Source: Malacoraja senta (Eukaryota). Taken from it: a DNA stretch of 64,000 nt. The notes under the pieces are model-generated. The model worked only from the letters and a program-made list of their open reading frames with translations, made no database searches and was not told where the DNA came from. The position numbers and the translations under genes were made by a program. Shown here piece by piece: positions 59,450-64,000 of the stretch (positions are counted from its first letter, which is position 1; the number at the start of each line of letters is the position of its first letter). The stretch is taken from NCBI GenBank assembly GCA_038087875.1, contig CM076001.1, forward strand, positions 1,736,001-1,800,000, given 5' to 3'.

Positions 59450-62400
59450 TTGTAAAGGTAAGACGACAATGGGAGTTATCTGCAGGCTCCCAAACAGTGG
59501 CCTGGATATAGGATGCTAGTTGCAGCAGGAGTAAAAATTGGCATGTAACAAATGTAATGCCTCTGTTTTTAGCGAAATTTCGAAATGCAGGTAGACAGGG
59601 AAAATCAGGTTGGTTCTGGAACCCAAGAAAGGGAGTTTGTAGAGTGCCTCTGATTCTTAAAGCAGATTGTATTGGAGCCTACCAGAGAGAAGGCATCTCT
59701 GGATTTAGTGTTGTCTAAGAACCAGATTTAGTAAGGGAACTCAAGGTAAAGGAACCGCTGGGAGGGAATGATCATAATATGATAAGTTTATTTTTTTTAT
59801 TTTTTTAAAATTTTATTTTATTAGACGTAAGTACATGAATATGGCACCAAGGTGCCTAATATATATTGACATGTAGATTTTATGTACAGCTTCTTATTTT
59901 TTTTTTTTTAATAATGAAAAAGAAAAATAGAGAATAGATAATAAAAGATTGAAAAACGTGTGATGTATAGTGTGTGGAAAGGAAAAAAGGGTGAAAGAAG
60001 AAAAGTGAAGAAAAGAAGATAAAAAGAGAAAGAGTAGAAAGTAAGAGATTAAGGAGATCGTTATGTATATTCTTGACCATTCCTCACCCAGACCTGAAAC
60101 AGTTAGCTTCTTAATATGATAAGTTTTAATCTGCAATTTGAGAGGGAGAAGATTAAATCAGAAGTGCAGTGTTGCAGTTGATCAAAGGGGACGATGACGG
60201 CATGAGAGAAGAGCCCCGATGTCAAGATAACAATCGACCATTTTCCAAGGTCGATTGGAAAATGATCCTAGCAGGAATGACGGAGGAACAGCAATGGCAG
60301 GAATTTCTGGGCAAAATGCAGAAGCTGCAGGATAATTTCATACCAAGGATGAAGAAAGACTCTAAGGGGAGTAAGAGTGAACCGTGGCTGACAAGGGAAG
60401 TTGGGGACGGTATAAAACTAAAATAAAAGGTGTATAACATAGCAAAATGTGGCGGGAAGCCAGAGGATTGGGAATCTGTATAAGGATATCAGAAGGTAAC
60501 AAAAAGGGCATAGGGGGTGAGAAAATGAAGGTAAGCTCGCCAGGAATATATAGGACAGTATAAGCTTATTTAGGGATGTTAAGAGAAAAATATTAGCTAA
60601 TGCAAATGTGGGTCCCTTGAAGGCAGAAACAGTTGAAATTAAGTTCAAGTTCAAGTTCGAGTTACATTTATTTTCACATGCACGAATTGGCACTGTGAGA
60701 TTTGAGTTACCAAACAGCCATACGAATAAAAAAGAGGACACTACACGATGTAATTTAACATGAACATCCTCACACAGCGGAATCAACGTTTCCCATTGTG
60801 AGGGAAGGCCACAAAGTTCAGTCAGCTTCATCTTTGTTCATCCGTGGTCGGGGCCTTTGATTCCGCCGCAGTCGCCGCTACAGCGGCCCGATCTTTCAGG
60901 CCCTCTCGCGGGATGATGGACCTCCGACGTCGGAACGAGAGAACACTCACAGCGGCTTGGAGTTTCCGAAACGGCCGCTTCCTCCCGGGGACCGCGGCTG
61001 CCCAAGTCCACAGGCCGAGCTGGACGGATTTCCAACACTGGTGACCCGCGGCAAAGGATCCCAGGACTCCGCGATGTTAAATTCAGCGCCGCCCGCGGCT
61101 GGAAGCTCCGCAGACCACAGCTTCACGATGTTAAAGCAGCTGGTACAACACCCCGGAGCTCCACACAGCGATCCCCGGTAAGTTATCGCCCGCTCCGCGA
61201 TGGAATCCTGTGCTGCGGCGCTGTTGAAGCTCTGGCCGGTGTCCGGCAGGAAAGGCCGCGCCAATCCAGATGGTAGGCCGCGAGGGGGGTGGGGGGGTGG
61301 GGGGGGGGGGTGAAGATGCGAATCGGTGAAAGACGCATCATCGACCAGGTAGTGACTGGGAAACGGTTCCCTTCTTCCCCATCCACGCACCTCACCTAAA
61401 AAGACGAAAACAACTCCAGGAACACACTTTTTCACAGACTAAAATAACAAAAAGAATGAAAGGACGGACAGACTACTGGCGAGGCGGCCGCGCGCGGCGC
61501 CATCCGATGACGATAGATGGGGAAGAAGGGATTATTATGGGGAACAAGGAAATGGCAGAAGACTTGAACAGGTACTTCTGGTTTTGTCTTCGCTAAGGAA
61601 GAGGCAACATAGTCTCACATGCACTAGAGTACAGAGGTTCTCGAGAAAACGGGAAATTATGGACCAGTTAGCCCGACATCGGACCTAGGTAAGATGGCGG
61701 AGTCAATTATTAACGAAGTAATATCGGCGTATTTGGATAGCATTTGTAGGTTTGGTCCAAGTCAACATGGATTTATGAAATGCTGCTTGACTTAGCTTCT
61801 GGAATGTCTTGAGAATGTGACAATTATAATTGATGAAGGAGGTCCCTGTCAGAATGGCAGGCATTGGCGATTGGAGTGCCGCAACGCTCGGTGCAGGGAC
61901 CGCACATCTTCACAAAATATATCAATGATTTAGATGATGGAATTAAAAGAAACACGAGCAGATTTTCAGAAGACACCAAGTTTGGTGGCATTATGAACTG
62001 CGATGAGGATGCTAGGTGGTTGCAGGGTGACCGGGACGGGTTGAGTGAGTGGGCAGATACATGGCAGAAGCGGTATAATGTAGTTAATGTGATGTTATCC
62101 ACTTTGACGGCAAGAAAATGGAAGCAGATTATAATCTCAATGGTGTCAGATTGGGGAAAAGGGAATGTGCAACGAGACCTGGGTGTCCTTGTGACATTGA
62201 AACAGGAGATGTGGAGTCCGTATGGATAGAACTAAAGAACTAAAGAATTGTAAGATACTAGTGGGAGTTATCTACATACCCCCAAATGGTAGCCTGGCCA
62301 TAGGGTGCAAGTTGAATCAGGCATGTAGCAAAGGTAATGCTGTGCTTGTTATGGGAGATGTCAACATGTAGGTAGACTGGGAAAATCAGGTTGGTACTGG

Positions 62401-64000
62401 ACCCCAAGAAAGGGACTTTGTACAATGCCTTCGTGATGGATTCTTAGAGCAGCTTGTATTGGAGATTATCAGGGAGAAGGCAATTCTGCATTTATTGTTA
62501 TGTAATTAATCGGATTCGATAAAGGAACGTGAGGTTAATGAGCCATTAGGAGGTAGTAAGCATAATGTGGTCAGGTTTAATCTACAATTGGAGAGGGAGA
62601 AGGGTAGATCGGTGGTGTCAGTGCTACAGTTGAATAAAGGGGCCCATGGGGCCATGAGGTAGAAGAAGGCCAACGTTGACTGGAAAGATACCCTAGCAGG
62701 GATGACAGTGGAACAACAATGGCAGGTATTTCTAAGAATAATACAAAAGGATCAGGATCAGTTCATTCCTTGTAGGAAGAAAGATTCCAAGGGGAGTAAG
62801 GGGCGACCGTGGCTGACAAGGAACATCAGGGACAATATAAAAGTAAAAGAGAAAAAGTACAACGAAGCATAGATGAGCGGGAAGCAAGAGGATAGGTAAT
62901 GTTTTAAGAACAACAGAAGATTACCAAAAAGACAATACGGGGAGAAAAGATGAGGTACGAACGTAAGCTAGCCAAGAATATAAAGGACTATAGTAAAAAC
63001 GTCTTTAGGTAGGTGAAGAGGAAATAATAGCTGAGATCAAAATTGGACACTTGAAGACCGAAACAGGTGAATTTATTATGGGGAACAAGGAAATGGCAGA
63101 TGAGTTGAACAGGTACTTTGGATCCGTCTAGACTAACGAGGACACAAACATATATACCACTCCTGATATAGTAGTGGCCAGAGGATCCGGGGTGACGGAG
63201 GAACTGAAGGAAATCCACATTAGGCAGGACATTTTACTGGGTAGACTGATGGGACTGAAGGCTGATACATCCCCAGGGCCTGATGGTCTGCATTCCAGAG
63301 TACTTAAGGAAGTGGCTCTGAAAACCGTGGATGCATTGGTAATAATTTTACAATGTTCTATAGACTCAGGATCAGTTCCTATGGATTGGAGGGTAGCTAA
63401 TGTTATCCCACTTTTTAAGAAAGGCGGGAGAGTGAAAACAGGTAATTATAGACCAGTTAAACTGACATCCGTGGTGGGGAAGATGCTGGAGTCAATTATA
63501 AAAGATGAAATAACCGCACATTTGTATAGCAGTAACAGGATCGGTCCGAGTTAGCATGGATTTGCGATGGAGAAATCATGCTTGACTAATCTTCTGGAAT
63601 GTTTTATGGATGTAACTAGCAAAATGGACAAGGTAGTGTCAGTGGATGTAGTGTACCTGGACGTTCAGAAACCATTTGAGACGGTCCCACATAGGAAGGT
63701 TAGTGGGCAAAATTGGGGCACATGGTATTGGGGGTAGAGTGCTGACATGGATAAAAAATTGGTTGGCAGACAGGAAACAAAGAGTTTGGAATAACGGGTC
63801 AATTTCAGAATGGCAGGCAGTGACTAGTGGGGTACCGCAAGTCACGATGCTGAGACCACAGCTATTTACAATATACATCAATGATTTGGATGAAGGAATT
63901 CAAAGTAACTTTAGCAAATTTGCAGATGACATAAATCTGGGTGGCAGTGTGGACTGTGAGGAGGATGTTATGAGAATGCAGGGTGACTTGTACCGGTTGA
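59450..64000. repeat. Segmental duplication, near-identical paralog of ~14450-18230 (CR1-rich flank)
   Basis: Identical conceptual ORFs (63174-63554 = 17404-17784; 62988-63218 = 17218-17448); shared TSD-flanked insertion; ~775 bp extra at ~60395-61170. Confidence 0.92.

Overview
This is eukaryotic, repeat-rich DNA from a cartilaginous fish, probably a batoid or skate (inferred from the CR1, Penelope and HE1-like repeats and the immune genes). The window is a tandem segmental array of about three ~20-kb units, with four N-gaps. It looks like the NAR-TCR part of the TCR alpha/delta locus. On the minus strand are five IgNAR-like V cassettes (A 12.4-13.4 kb, B 34.8-35.4 kb, D 53.6-54.2 kb, E 54.8-56.2 kb, F 57.8-58.3 kb) and two apparently leaderless 'supporting' TCR-delta V exons with 23-RSS (5.5-5.8 kb and 30.9-31.2 kb). 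On the plus strand are two intact two-exon class-A GPCR genes lying head-to-head with cassettes A and B. The main observation is that paralogous cassettes are frozen in three V(D)J states in genomic DNA. E is fully unrearranged (V-22/23RSS, 12RSS-D-12RSS, 23RSS-J). A has D fused to J but a free V. B, D and F carry one shared, in-frame V-D-J joint and keep their leader introns, which points to RAG joining in the germline rather than retroposition. In the third unit the supporting V has been deleted and D has lost its promoter, leaving D 875 bp downstream of E's J in a splice-compatible phase, similar to the TCR-mu layout. The rest is nested retroelements (CR1, RTE-X-like, Tx1-like, Penelope-like, Gypsy, SINEs). 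No TCR D-delta, J-delta or C exon is visible in the window. All coordinates and comparisons were read by hand.
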